A stretch of 64,000 bases of DNA from Polyangiaceae bacterium (GCA_965222375.1 CBDCTZ010000008.1:64001-128000); one strand, 5' to 3'. Shown: positions 8,341-18,632, counted from the first letter of the stretch. Notes: generated by a model from the sequence alone, not told the origin. Numbers and translations: made by a program.

Positions 8341-10635
8341 TCAGCGCGCGAAACCGCAGCGCTGGGCGAATCGCAAGAAGCCCTTCCGCCGCGCCCGGGA
8401 GACATCCGCCCGCGCCAGATATGCGGCTGCGAGCTCTTTGCCCCGCCTAGTTTCCCCGGCGTAGCAGGCTAGGTTGGCGCGGGTTCTGAGTGCCTCGGCG
8501 TGTACGGACGGAAGCGGGATGGGACGCGAAAGTGCTTCGTCCAAGCGCGCGCGGGCTTCTTCATAGCGCCCGTGGTTGGCGAAGTTCTTTCCCAACAGGT
8601 AGTCGGCGGTGCCGTCCTCGGGGTGTTGCTCGGACCAACGTCCGAGCCAGGACGTCGCCTCGGCGTAGTCGGTGCCTGCCTGGGGATCCCCCACCAGGAG
8701 CGCAACGACAGCGCGAGTTCCCGTCGGATTCGGGCTGTAGGCCTTGACATCCAGGCTGCGGCGGTGGTCCGCGCTAGTGACCTTCGCCAGAAGCTGCTGA
8801 TAGCTGGTTCGTGCCGCAGCTACGCTTCCTTCGGCCAGGGCGATATCACCCAGGGCCTCCACCGCAGCGAGTTGCTGCATGACATGCAGCGCGCCGTCGC
8901 CGCTAATCGCCGACAGGCGCCGGCGTGCTTCTTCCGGCTCTCCACTTTTGAGAGCGCAGCTCGCAAGCCCATGCTTGGCACCGAGATGCCGGGGATCCAA
9001 ATCGAGCACTCGCTCGAAGTTCTCACGGGCGCCCTGGACGTCACCACCTCGCAGCTTGCCGAAGGCCTTGCCTGCCAAGGAGTCCACTTCGTGGGGACAA
9101 CGGCGCCCGAATACGCTGGGCCGGTCGAAGCGCGCCGCAGCCGCAAGCTGCGCTTGCTCGTCGAGGGACACCTTCGACAACGAGGCGTGCCAATCCTGCT
9201 CCAGCTGACGGAGATCTTTGCCGGTGACCGCAACGAGACGCTCGCCCCGGTACCAACGCCGAAGCCCCTTGGCACCGTAGGTTCGCCGGAACCAGCTGAC
9301 GAAAGCGCCCGCTACCGTGTACGCCTTGCTGCTGTTTTCACCCAGGAAGCTCAAACGAAAAACGCGCGAAAGAGACGGTAGCAGCCCCAGATCCTGCATC
9401 GCTTTCGCCCACTCAGTCAGGGTGAGGTCGTCGTCTTCGTCTGGAACGGCCGCAGTGGCGATCCCTTCGATCCGCCCAGGATCCGGCAACCATCCACCTA
9501 GAGGCCCGGCCACCCGAAACGGCCCTGCGCCGAAACTCCCGCTGATGACGTGAGCCAGCTCGTGGCCCAGCACCGGGTGTGGGAAGCGTCGAAACTGGAC
9601 GTACACTTCGCCGCGCCAAGGCTTGGCGATGTAGGTGCGGGCAGCGCCCATCAGGCGACCCTTCTGGTGTTCATTGGCGAAGAGCAGAACGCGGACTCTG
9701 TCCGGGCCCCGAGCCTCGAAGTAGGTCTCGATCTGCTCGACGTGGGCGGAGCACTCCCGGGCCGTCGCCTGGGCATCTCGAACGGCAATGCTGGGGTCGT
9801 AATGTACGACGCAGCGACTGCTCTGAGCGGTTCGTTCCAGAACGTCGCGCACTGTCTCAGTCGTGCTGAAGTGACCCAGCCCTGGGCCCGCGGCGATGAG
9901 TGACAGCGAGCCCAGAGCTGCCAGACCGCCCAGCGCGACCAGACCGGGCTTTCTACGCCAACGGAAATGCAATCCGACGCTGGATCGGTGCAGGTGGTGC
10001 GCTGCGACGAAAGCAGCACAGAGGGTCAGAAAGGAGCCGGCCCGGTATGTGATCAGCCCCGCCACTGGATCGAAGACCGTGTCGTACAGCGGACCCGCGA
10101 AGTATCCGAAGAAGGGGTCGTAGGCGAACACCATGGGTGACGTGTAGAAACGCCACAAGCTCACCAATACGCCGCCCAAAGGCCCGGCAAGCGCCAGAGC
10201 GACGGGCAGCCCAATCTTGAATCTCGGCTGGCCTTGCGCGAGCAAACCGGCGAGAGCACCCCAGGCGCCGCCCATCACCGCACCGGGCATCGGTGCCAGC
10301 AAGAACAGAACGCTGCCGCCGGTCAGATCGCAAAACCCGACTCGAAGCCCGTGGAGTAGCGTCACCGCAAAAGCAACGAGGGCAAGCGCGCAGCCGAGGC
10401 TGACGCCTCGAGACAGCGCCACGAAGGGCTGCCAACCAGCGTAACGAACGGAAATGGCCGTAGCGATCGCCGCGAGGGACGGCAGCACAACGCCTGCAGC
10501 TAGGGCGGCCTCGTACCCAGGGCCGCCAAAAAGGGGAAGGAAACCCAACCCTCCGAGAACGATCACTGCAAAGCCGACAGCAACGCGCGCTGCACGGCTA
10601 CGCTGGAGCGGCGACGGTCCCGCTGCGGGCATCAA
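8341..10635 (-). CDS. membrane protein with HExxH (gluzincin-like) domain and C-terminal TPR repeats
   Basis: About 7 N-terminal TM segments, HELAH with downstream EGIA, TPR-like helices at the C-terminus. Confidence 0.75.
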   Translation of the reverse strand: MMPAAGPSPLQRSRAARVAVGFAVIVLGGLGFLPLFGGPGYEAALAAGVVLPSLAAIATAISVRYAGWQPFVALSRGVSLGCALALVAFAVTLLHGLRVGFCDLTGGSVLFLLAPMPGAVMGGAWGALAGLLAQGQPRFKIGLPVALALAGPLGGVLVSLWRFYTSPMVFAYDPFFGYFAGPLYDTVFDPVAGLITYRAGSFLTLCAAFVAAHHLHRSSVGLHFRWRRKPGLVALGGLAALGSLSLIAAGPGLGHFSTTETVRDVLERTAQSSRCVVHYDPSIAVRDAQATARECSAHVEQIETYFEARGPDRVRVLLFANEHQKGRLMGAARTYIAKPWRGEVYVQFRRFPHPVLGHELAHVISGSFGAGPFRVAGPLGGWLPDPGRIEGIATAAVPDEDDDLTLTEWAKAMQDLGLLPSLSRVFRLSFLGENSSKAYTVAGAFVSWFRRTYGAKGLRRWYRGERLVAVTGKDLRQLEQDWHASLSKVSLDEQAQLAAAARFDRPSVFGRRCPHEVDSLAGKAFGKLRGGDVQGARENFERVLDLDPRHLGAKHGLASCALKSGEPEEARRRLSAISGDGALHVMQQLAAVEALGDIALAEGSVAAARTSYQQLLAKVTSADHRRSLDVKAYSPNPTGTRAVVALLVGDPQAGTDYAEATSWLGRWSEQHPEDGTADYLLGKNFANHGRYEEARARLDEALSRPIPLPSVHAEALRTRANLACYAGETRRGKELAAAYLARADVSRARRKGFLRFAQRCGFAR

Positions 10636-13034
10636 GCACGGGCTTCGCCGCTCGACGGCGGCACGGAGCGGTTCCGGGTACCCGGATCAGGCTCTTCGAG
10701 CACGAGCGGCAAGACTTCTTCGATCCGACTGACCAGGTGGATCTGAACCTCTCCCAGAGTCTCTTCAGGGAGTTCGTCCAAATCCCGCTCGTTGCGCTTC
10801 GGCATGACGACCGCGCGGATCCCTGCACGGTGGGCCGCCAGCAGCTTGTCCTTGATCCCGCTGACGGGGAGGATGCTACCCCGCAACGTGATCTCCCCGG
10901 TGATGGCGATGTCGGGTCGGACAGGTGCGCCCAGGAGTAGAGACGCAACGGCGGCGAACATGGGCAGGCCGGCGCCCGCCGCGTCCCGAGCTGAGCCCCC
11001 TCTGGGTACATGCAGATGCAAATCGATTTTCTTGAGCCACTCCGGGTCCAGGTGCAGCCGCGCCGCGCGGGAGCGGACGTAGGAGACTGCCGTCGCTGCG
11101 GACTCCTTCATCACATTGCGCATGCTGCCTGTCACGTGAACATTGCCTTTGCCGGGCATCCGCGTGGCCTCGACGACTAGCAGATCGCCGCCGGCGCCCG
11201 TTACGCTGAGTCCCGTCGCAGCCCCGGGTGCGAACTTGCGGTCCGCAATTTCCGGACGATGGGTGTGTACGCCCAACACGCGTTCCACGTGCTCGCGATC
11301 AACCCGTTCTCCCTGCACCTCTTCGCCATCGGCGATGCGGACCGTGGCCTCGCGGCAGACGGACGCGATTTCTCGCTCCACGCCGCGCACCCCGGCTTCG
11401 TGAGTGTAGTAGTCGATGATGGTCTCGATCCCGAGGTCCGTGAATTTGAGTCGGCTCTCGTCCAGAGCGTGCTCCTTGAGTTGCTTGGGCACGAGGAACA
11501 GCTGGGCGATGTTGCGCTTTTCCATGCGCGTGTAGCCCGGCACTTCGATCATTTCCATGCGATCCTTGAGAGCCTCCGGGATCTGATACTTGTAGTTTGC
11601 CGTAGCCAGGAAGGTGATCTGCGACAGATCGAAAGGCACACCGAGGTAGTGGTCGACAAAGGAGTCGTTCTGGGCCGGATCCAGCACTTCCAGAAGCGCC
11701 GCCGCAGGGTCGCCCCGCATGTCCACCCCGAGTTTGTCGACCTCATCCAGCACCAACACTGGGTTCTTGGTGCCGGCCTTCTTCAGTGCCTGAATGATCC
11801 GCCCAGGCAGAGCGCCAACGTAGGTGCGGCGGTGACCGCGGATCTCCGCTTCATCCCGCACGCCGCCGAGGGCGATTCGGCCGTAGCGACGCCCCATGGC
11901 CCGCGCAATGCTCCGCCCCAGGCTGGTCTTGCCAACCCCGGGGGGCCCGGCGAAGAGCAGAATCGGCCCGCGCTTGTCCTTGCGCAGCTGGCGAATCGCG
12001 GCGTACTCCACGATGCGACGCTTGACCCGGTCGAGACCAAAGTGGTCTTCCTCCAAGCAGCGCTTGACGACTTTGATGTCGAAGCGATCCGGCGTCGTGC
12101 GGTTCCAAGGCAAGTCTGCCAGCCACTCCACGTAATTGCGGGTGGTTTGGAACTCTGCCGAGGATGACTGCATGCCAGATAGGCGGCCTAGTTGTTTGCG
12201 AGCAGCCTCGGCAGCCTCCGGGGGCAGCTCCGCCCGGGCGATCCGCTCTCGCAGGTCCTCAATCTCGTCGTCATCGCCTCCCTCCCCGAGTTCCTCGCGG
12301 ATGCCTCGCATTTGCTGGCGCAACACGAAGTCTCGCTGAGAGCGGCTCATCTCGTCCTTGACCAGCGCGGTGATCTCGTCCTTGACCCTCAGAACCTCCA
12401 ATTGGCGGTCGACCAGGCCGAGCACGGCACGCAGCCGTTCCACCGGGTCCAGCGCCTCCAGGATCGATTGGCGCACCGCAATGCTCGCCTGCTCTTCGGG
12501 GAAGTTGGACGCTATCAAGTCCGCTAGGGCGCCGGGCTCCCGCACGTTGTCGAGGATCCCCGTCGTCTCCCGCGGTAGGTTCGGCATCAGCTCCAGGGCT
12601 CGCCGAGTGCGATCCCGCAAGCGTTGGCCCAGCTCCTCGAGCAATTTGGGATCACCCACCGGCTCGGCCAGGCGAGTGATCTCGGCCTGCATGTAGGGCT
12701 CTAGGCCCAGGCTCTTTTCCACTCGGAAGCGGCTGAGCCCGTTGAGCACCACGCTGTAGTTCGCCGGGCCGAGGCGAATCACCTTGACCGGCTTGGCCAG
12801 AGTGCCCACTGCATACACGTCGTCAAAGGTGGGCTCGACCGTGTCGGCGTCCTTTTGCGCCACCACACCGACAAGCGCGTCATCGCGCCCCAGTAGTTCC
12901 TCCACCAGGCGAACGCTGCGCGGGCGGCCCACGTTGATGGGCACCACGGACATCGGGAAGAGCACAGAGTTGCGCAACGGCAAAATCGCCACTTTTTCCG
13001 CGGCGGGGGCGGCCGATTCGGAGCGCTTCTGCAT
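10632..13034 (-). CDS. lon: Lon (endopeptidase La) homolog; catalytic Ser replaced by Gly
   Basis: LON N-domain (LPLRNSVLFP), Walker A GPPGVGKTS, Walker B VLVLDE, GHRRTYVGA, TGEITLRG. The PKDGPSAG motif reads ARDAAGAG. Confidence 0.93.
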   Translation of the reverse strand: MQKRSESAAPAAEKVAILPLRNSVLFPMSVVPINVGRPRSVRLVEELLGRDDALVGVVAQKDADTVEPTFDDVYAVGTLAKPVKVIRLGPANYSVVLNGLSRFRVEKSLGLEPYMQAEITRLAEPVGDPKLLEELGQRLRDRTRRALELMPNLPRETTGILDNVREPGALADLIASNFPEEQASIAVRQSILEALDPVERLRAVLGLVDRQLEVLRVKDEITALVKDEMSRSQRDFVLRQQMRGIREELGEGGDDDEIEDLRERIARAELPPEAAEAARKQLGRLSGMQSSSAEFQTTRNYVEWLADLPWNRTTPDRFDIKVVKRCLEEDHFGLDRVKRRIVEYAAIRQLRKDKRGPILLFAGPPGVGKTSLGRSIARAMGRRYGRIALGGVRDEAEIRGHRRTYVGALPGRIIQALKKAGTKNPVLVLDEVDKLGVDMRGDPAAALLEVLDPAQNDSFVDHYLGVPFDLSQITFLATANYKYQIPEALKDRMEMIEVPGYTRMEKRNIAQLFLVPKQLKEHALDESRLKFTDLGIETIIDYYTHEAGVRGVEREIASVCREATVRIADGEEVQGERVDREHVERVLGVHTHRPEIADRKFAPGAATGLSVTGAGGDLLVVEATRMPGKGNVHVTGSMRNVMKESAATAVSYVRSRAARLHLDPEWLKKIDLHLHVPRGGSARDAAGAGLPMFAAVASLLLGAPVRPDIAITGEITLRGSILPVSGIKDKLLAAHRAGIRAVVMPKRNERDLDELPEETLGEVQIHLVSRIEEVLPLVLEEPDPGTRNRSVPPSSGEARA

Positions 13035-13128
13035 GCCGACACATTAGTACGGCTTTCCCCTAGGTGAAAGTAGGCCCGTCCGGCCCGGCAGGTTCGCAGC
13101 ACGCCCTGGCCTGTGGTAATTCCGGGCC

Positions 13129-13812
13129 GTGCGTGGGATTTCTCCATATTGCCGAGGGGCGCTTCTGGCGGCCCTGCTGCTTGGCGCCACGGCCTGTTCT
13201 CGGCCCGAACCCGCTCGCGGCCCCAAGGACACCCTCGACGCTTACGCAAAGGCGGTCAGCGAAGGTCGCATCGATGCGGCCTACGACATGCTCAGCGACG
13301 AAGCCAAAAAGAGTATTCCACGCGAAGCCTTCGGTCGCATGATTCGCGAAAACCCTGAAGAGGTGCGGGAGATCGCCCAATCCCTCTTGCGCCCGGCCGG
13401 GCCACCCCTCGTCACCGCTACGGTGACCGCGCCCGGGGGCCAGTCCCTGCTCATGGTCTACGAGAAGGGCAGCTGGCGCATCGACGGCTCCGCCATCGAC
13501 TTGTACAGCCAGGCCAGTCCCGAGATCGCAATACGCTCGTTCATTCGCGCCTATGACAATCGCCGCTATGACGTTCTGATGCGCTTTGTTCCGGAGCCGA
13601 AGCGGGAAGGTTTGGACAACAAGAAATTGAAGAAAGCCTGGGAAGGCGAACAGAAGGCCGAGATGGATCGCCTGACTCAAGCTCTGAGTGCAGCGCTGCC
13701 CACAGCACGCTTCGAGCGTACCGGCGACCGGGCCACGATGGCCTACGGTGCCGGCGGCACCGTGGAGCTGATTCGGGAGCAAGGTGCTTGGAAGATCGAG
13801 GAACTGAAGTGA
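13129..13812 (+). CDS. hypothetical lipoprotein
   Basis: Lipobox ATAC; two similar halves ending GSWRID and GAWKIE. Confidence 0.75.
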   Translation: MRGISPYCRGALLAALLLGATACSRPEPARGPKDTLDAYAKAVSEGRIDAAYDMLSDEAKKSIPREAFGRMIRENPEEVREIAQSLLRPAGPPLVTATVTAPGGQSLLMVYEKGSWRIDGSAIDLYSQASPEIAIRSFIRAYDNRRYDVLMRFVPEPKREGLDNKKLKKAWEGEQKAEMDRLTQALSAALPTARFERTGDRATMAYGAGGTVELIREQGAWKIEELK

Positions 13813-14408
13813 ACCCCAAGGGCCGACGCAGCAGCGTCGAACGCCAAACTCGCGAAACCAAGATCAGCGCCAGCATCCATCTCGATGGTACTGGCAAGTC
13901 GTCGATCGACACTCCCCTGCCCTTCTTGTCTCACATGCTAGAGCAGATAGCCCGGCATGGGGCTTTCGATCTCGAGGTTCGCGCGCAGGGCGATACGGAG
14001 ATCGACGGTCACCACACGACTGAAGACGTGGGAATCGTTCTGGGTAGCGCATTTCGGGAAGCTCTCGGAGATGCTGCTGGCATTCGTCGGTACGGCAGTT
14101 TCACCCTGCCCATGGACGAGACTCTGACCACCGCAGCCTTGGACCTTTCCGGGCGTGCCTTCTTTGTTTGGCGTGTGCCCTTGCCGAAGGCAAAGGTAGG
14201 AGAATTCGACACCGAACTGGCCCCAGTCTTCTTCGAGGCGTTCGCGCGCAGCGCGGGCGTGAACCTGCACCTGCGGCTGCACGAAGGAGACAACCTGCAT
14301 CACATCATCGAGAGCTGCTTCAAGGCATTCGCGCGGGCACTGCGGGCTGCCGTGGAAGTCGATTCGAGAGCTTCGGGTGTGCCCTCCACCAAGGGGGTTC
14401 TGGTTTGA
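13809..14408 (+). CDS. hisB: imidazoleglycerol-phosphate dehydratase
   Basis: RQTRETKI, HMLEQ, HHTTED, PMDE, NLHHIIESCFKA, PSTKG motifs. Confidence 0.96.
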   Translation: MNPKGRRSSVERQTRETKISASIHLDGTGKSSIDTPLPFLSHMLEQIARHGAFDLEVRAQGDTEIDGHHTTEDVGIVLGSAFREALGDAAGIRRYGSFTLPMDETLTTAALDLSGRAFFVWRVPLPKAKVGEFDTELAPVFFEAFARSAGVNLHLRLHEGDNLHHIIESCFKAFARALRAAVEVDSRASGVPSTKGVLV

Positions 14409-14443
14409 TCCCCACCCGGTCCGAGCCTTGAGCCAAGGCGACG

Positions 14444-15082
14444 ATGACACGGACCGTGGCACTGCTCGATCTGGGCGTAGGCAATCTTCATTCCGTGGAG
14501 CGTGCGCTGGCGTTCGCCGCCCGGAGTTGCGGCTCGAGCATCGAAATTCGGCGCGGACTTGCCCCGGATGAGCTGGCAGCCGCAGACGCCATCGTTGCGC
14601 CCGGTCAAGGCGGCTTCTCCGTGGGCGCCGCGGCCCTCGCGGGCGGGCTTGGCGAGGTGCTCGTGCAGGAACTGCGCCAAGGAACGCCGTACTTTGGGAT
14701 TTGTCTAGGGCTACAGCTGCTCTTTGAAACCAGCGAAGAAGCGCCAGGGGCCAAGGGGCTTGGCTGGTTTCGAGGTAGTGTGAAGGCGCTGGATCCAACG
14801 GGCGTGAAGATCCCCCACATGGGCTGGAATCAGGTCGAAGCAGTAGGCGCCCCGCACCGCTACTTGCAGGCCCTGGGTGGCGATGGGTCCTGGGCATACT
14901 TCATCCACTCCTTTCACGCCCAGGCAAAGGAGGATGTCGTGGTCGCAACCTGCAGCCATGGCAATAATCTGGTTACGGCGGCAGTGCACCGCGACAATGT
15001 CTTCGCCACTCAGTTCCACCCCGAAAAGAGCCAGGCTGGCGGTCTGAGGATGCTGACCGCGTTCTTGGAGGACTGCCCATGA
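14444..15082 (+). CDS. hisH: imidazole glycerol phosphate synthase glutaminase subunit
   Basis: GNLHSV, GICLGLQ, PHMGWN, QFHPEKS motifs. Confidence 0.96.
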   Translation: MTRTVALLDLGVGNLHSVERALAFAARSCGSSIEIRRGLAPDELAAADAIVAPGQGGFSVGAAALAGGLGEVLVQELRQGTPYFGICLGLQLLFETSEEAPGAKGLGWFRGSVKALDPTGVKIPHMGWNQVEAVGAPHRYLQALGGDGSWAYFIHSFHAQAKEDVVVATCSHGNNLVTAAVHRDNVFATQFHPEKSQAGGLRMLTAFLEDCP

Positions 15083-15807
15083 AGATCATCCCGGCCATTG
15101 ACTTGATTGCCGGCCGAGTGGTGCGGCTGAAGAAGGGCCGTTTCGACGAGGTCACTCACTACCCGCAGGATCCCGCCGACCTCGCACGCCAGTTTCGCAA
15201 ACATGTCGATCGTTTGCACGTCGTGGATCTGGATGGTGCCCGGGCGGGCACACCCGCTCAAACATCACTGCTTAGGAGCATTGCAGGAGCCTTTGGACCG
15301 GGGATGCAGATCGGCGGGGGCCTACGCAGTGAAGCTGCCGTAGGAGCTGCGCTGGAAATAGCCCAACGTGCCGTGGTGGGCACTGCGGCAATCCGCCAGC
15401 CGGAGATGGTGCGAGCCCTCAGTGAGCGCTATCCGGGTCGTATCATCGTGGCCGTGGATGCCCAAGACGGCCAGGTCAAGGTCGCCGGTTGGGAAGAGGA
15501 CGGTGAAAAGAGCGTGGAAGAGTTGGTTACCTCCCTGGCTGCCTGGCCCATCGCCGGCATCTTGTACACAGACATCGCTCGCGACGGCACCGAGGTCGGC
15601 CCCAACGTCGAACGCACGAGCCAGCTCGCGCAGCGCTGTGAATTCGAGGTCACGGCCAGCGGGGGCGTGGGCAGCCTGGACCACCTGCGCGGGCTGGCCC
15701 AGGCACCTGGCCCGATCGGCTCGGCGATCGTGGGTCGGGCCCTGCACGAAGGCAGATTCCAGCTGGCGGATGCCGTCGCGGCGGCACAAGTCCTCGCTGT
15801 GGGCTGA
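15079..15807 (+). CDS. hisA: ProFAR isomerase
   Basis: IIPAIDL, VVDLDGA, GGGLRS, TDIARDG, ASGG motifs. Confidence 0.95.
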   Translation: MKIIPAIDLIAGRVVRLKKGRFDEVTHYPQDPADLARQFRKHVDRLHVVDLDGARAGTPAQTSLLRSIAGAFGPGMQIGGGLRSEAAVGAALEIAQRAVVGTAAIRQPEMVRALSERYPGRIIVAVDAQDGQVKVAGWEEDGEKSVEELVTSLAAWPIAGILYTDIARDGTEVGPNVERTSQLAQRCEFEVTASGGVGSLDHLRGLAQAPGPIGSAIVGRALHEGRFQLADAVAAAQVLAVG

Positions 15808-15840
15808 TCAGCCCGGAAATCTGTTCTACGCTGGGCGCAA

Positions 15841-17262
15841 ATGGCCGACACCGAACCGCCTCCGTCGATTCGCTCGTTGGTCAACCATTCCGACGCCATC
15901 GCCGACGCTGAAGAGCGCGCGCCCGCGTCGGACGCTCCCTCTGGGGCGAGCTTCGACGGTGAGGACTTCCTGTATCATCTCTACCGAGGGAGCGAGCTGC
16001 TTCAGGACAACCTCGTTGGCGAAGCAAAGGAGGAACTCGAGCAGGCCCTCGCTTTGCAGCCCCGAGACGTCGAGGGCCAAGGCTTGCTCGGCGTCGTCTA
16101 CTTCCGGCTCGGCATGTATCCCCGCGCCATCGAAATCTACGAGAGTCTGACCAAGAAGGTCCCCAACGAAGTTACACCATGGCTCAACTTGGGTCTGTGC
16201 TACCTCAAGACGGGGCAGAACGCGCGCGCTCGCGAAGCGCTCGAGGACGTGACTCAGAAGAATCCCGGACACCGACGTGCCTGGGGTTACCTTGGCCTCA
16301 CCTACGAACGCATGGGTGACACCGGGCGAGCGCTCGACGCGTTTCACCGCGCAGATCAAGGCCACATGGTTCGGCGCCTGAAGCAGACCCAGGCGCCGCC
16401 ACCGAACGAATCCCGGGAGAGCGAGCGGCCAGAGCGGGCGGCGATCCGTCAGGCTGCCGCTGATGCCATCATGGAGTTGGAAGGCGACGTTCGACCATTT
16501 TCCCGGGTTCCGGCGGCCAACGACGACGATGACGCACTGCGTGCGGGGCGTTGGCACGCCCTCGAGCCGGGCGAGGCGCGGCTGCCCGCGGCAGCTCGGA
16601 CCGGCTCGGCACCCGCTCGAGCCCGGACGACGGCCCCCAGTCCGAGCGAACTAGCCGCGACGTTGACAGCGTCGGCGCCCGTCGAGCCGCACGCGATGAC
16701 CGAACTGTTCAGCCTGCGCGTCTCCCGTGCTGCTGCTGCGCGAGCCGATCTGGTTCGCGCGCTTCGCCCGGACGAAGGCGTCTTTCAACGAAGTCCGCTC
16801 CATCGCCGCCGCTTGGGCAAAGAGTCCAGCGAGGCGCTAGGTGGTCCACGTCACCCGCTGGTGCGTTTGAGCGGCCAGGGCCAGATCGTCCTGGCGCCGC
16901 CCAAAGGCCTCTCCCTGCATACCTCGACCCTGACCGACGAGTTCTTCTATGTGCGCGAAGAGCGCCTGGTGGGCTTCGACGATGCCCTTCGCTACGAATG
17001 CGGACGCCTACCCCTGACGCCCGGCGATCACGCGCCAATGGTCCAAATCTCGGGCTCGGGTGGCTTGGTATTCGCGGCTACGTCTAGATTGACCACCTTG
17101 ACCGTGACCAAAGACGCGAGCGCCTGGACTCGGGCGGAGGACGTGGTGGGCTGGACCGGACGGCTGATGCCCCACCCGGTCGCTCAGGATGTGGTTCCCG
17201 TGGCCACCGGGCGCTGGCTGCGTTTCACCGGCGAGGGGATCTTGTGGTTGGACGCCGGATGA
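15841..17262 (+). CDS. TPR protein with C-terminal AIM24 (DUF124)-like domain
   Basis: N-terminal TPR repeats; C-terminal LSGQG/ISGSG/FTGEG repeats typical of AIM24. Confidence 0.75.
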   Translation: MADTEPPPSIRSLVNHSDAIADAEERAPASDAPSGASFDGEDFLYHLYRGSELLQDNLVGEAKEELEQALALQPRDVEGQGLLGVVYFRLGMYPRAIEIYESLTKKVPNEVTPWLNLGLCYLKTGQNARAREALEDVTQKNPGHRRAWGYLGLTYERMGDTGRALDAFHRADQGHMVRRLKQTQAPPPNESRESERPERAAIRQAAADAIMELEGDVRPFSRVPAANDDDDALRAGRWHALEPGEARLPAAARTGSAPARARTTAPSPSELAATLTASAPVEPHAMTELFSLRVSRAAAARADLVRALRPDEGVFQRSPLHRRRLGKESSEALGGPRHPLVRLSGQGQIVLAPPKGLSLHTSTLTDEFFYVREERLVGFDDALRYECGRLPLTPGDHAPMVQISGSGGLVFAATSRLTTLTVTKDASAWTRAEDVVGWTGRLMPHPVAQDVVPVATGRWLRFTGEGILWLDAG

Positions 17263-17337
17263 GGCTGTTCCACGGAGCTCCGGTGAAGAAGTTGAAAAGG
17301 ATGGGCGCAACCCTCCTGGCGCGGTTAGCATCTCGCC

Positions 17338-18045
17338 GTGCCGCCCAGTAAGCGCTCACGCGGCGCCAGCCGTTTTCGTCGACGTCGCAAGAAGCAACGC
17401 ATCGATCCGGAGTTGCGTGCCGCCCGCCGCAAGACCTTGCGCCAGGACGTCTGGAACCTGCCCAACATCCTGACCATGGGTCGGGTAGTGATGATCCCTC
17501 TGGTCCTCTGGCTACTGTCCCGGGGGACCCCCAAAGACTGTGTCTGGGCGGCCATCGTCTACGGCCTGGCGGCGATCACCGATCTGCTCGACGGCTACCT
17601 TGCGCGCAAGATGAATGTGGTCAGCGTGCTCGGCAAGTTCCTGGACCCGCTGGCGGACAAATTGATCGTCATGGCCACGCTGATCTGGATGGTGCCGATG
17701 GGGCGTATTCCCCAATGGGCGGTGACGCTGCTCTTGGCTCGCGAGATCACCGTGACGGCGCTGCGCTCCATAGCGAGCAGCGAAGGGGTGGTGATCGCTG
17801 CAGGCGGCGGAGGCAAGAGCAAGACGGCACTTCAGATGATCGGAATCGTTTGCCTCATCCTGGGCTACCCCTACCATCTGTACTTCTTCAGCCACGACCT
17901 GGGGGTGGTGGACTTGGTGGTGGTCGGCCGGTGGCTGGTCTACGTCTCCCTGGTTTTCAGCGTCATCAGCGCCGTGGGGTATTTCGGGCTCTTCGCCCAA
18001 GCCGTGGAGGCCAAAGAACAACGCCAGAGCGCGGAACCCAGCTAG
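17338..18045 (+). CDS. pgsA: CDP-diacylglycerol--glycerol-3-phosphate 3-phosphatidyltransferase
   Basis: NLPNILTMGR and the CDP-alcohol motif TDLLDGYLAR...GKFLDPLADK; GKSKTALQM. Confidence 0.92.
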   Translation: MPPSKRSRGASRFRRRRKKQRIDPELRAARRKTLRQDVWNLPNILTMGRVVMIPLVLWLLSRGTPKDCVWAAIVYGLAAITDLLDGYLARKMNVVSVLGKFLDPLADKLIVMATLIWMVPMGRIPQWAVTLLLAREITVTALRSIASSEGVVIAAGGGGKSKTALQMIGIVCLILGYPYHLYFFSHDLGVVDLVVVGRWLVYVSLVFSVISAVGYFGLFAQAVEAKEQRQSAEPS

Positions 18046-18098
18046 CTGCTAGCTGCCCGCTTGCCCCGGGCAGGGCGTTGTTTTAATAGCCGAGGGGC

Positions 18099-18632
18099 AT
18101 GCGCTCCCTCATCTTTACCCGCATCGTCGGCGCTTCTTTTCTCATCCTTTTCACGGCCTGCTCGGACCAGAGCGAAGGCGAGCGCTGTGATTTCAACAAC
18201 AGCGAGAGCGCTGACTGCGAATCCGGTCTTGTCTGCGTGCAGGCGCGAGAACTGTTGGACAACTCTACGGACCGCTGTTGCCCGCCAGAGGGGCAGTCCA
18301 TCAGCGACAACCGTTGTATCCGCAGTACCGGGATCGGTACCGGCGGCGCCGCGGGCGCGGCGGGGTCAGCGGGCAGCGCCGGGTCAGCGGGCAGCGCCGG
18401 GTCAGCGGGCAGTGCCGGCTCGGCGGGCAGCGGCGGCTCGGCGGGCAGCGGCGGCGGAGATGGCGGCACGACTTGCCAGTACAGCAGTCAGTGTCCAGGA
18501 ACCGAGATCTGCGGGCCCGGAGGCGTTTGCCAGCCGGAGTGCCAAGGGGACAAGGACTGCCCCGACGGCGAAACGTGCAACCAGGCGACGAATATCTGCG
18601 AAGCCTCCGCGAAAGACGCAGGGGCCGACTAA
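18099..18632 (+). CDS. Cys-rich lipoprotein with Gly/Ser/Ala repeat linker
   Basis: Lipobox FTAC, EGERC...DCESGLVC, (GSA)n linker, Cys-rich C-terminus. Confidence 0.8.
   Translation: MRSLIFTRIVGASFLILFTACSDQSEGERCDFNNSESADCESGLVCVQARELLDNSTDRCCPPEGQSISDNRCIRSTGIGTGGAAGAAGSAGSAGSAGSAGSAGSAGSAGSGGSAGSGGGDGGTTCQYSSQCPGTEICGPGGVCQPECQGDKDCPDGETCNQATNICEASAKDAGAD
18360..18452 (+). repeat. in-frame 9/18-bp tandem repeat encoding (AGS)n
   Basis: Repeated GGGTCAGCGGGCAGCGCC units within the CDS. Confidence 0.8.

Noticed and set aside
13809..15807. his cluster lacking hisF/hisC/hisD
   Set aside because: Split his operons are common; the other genes may be elsewhere in the genome.
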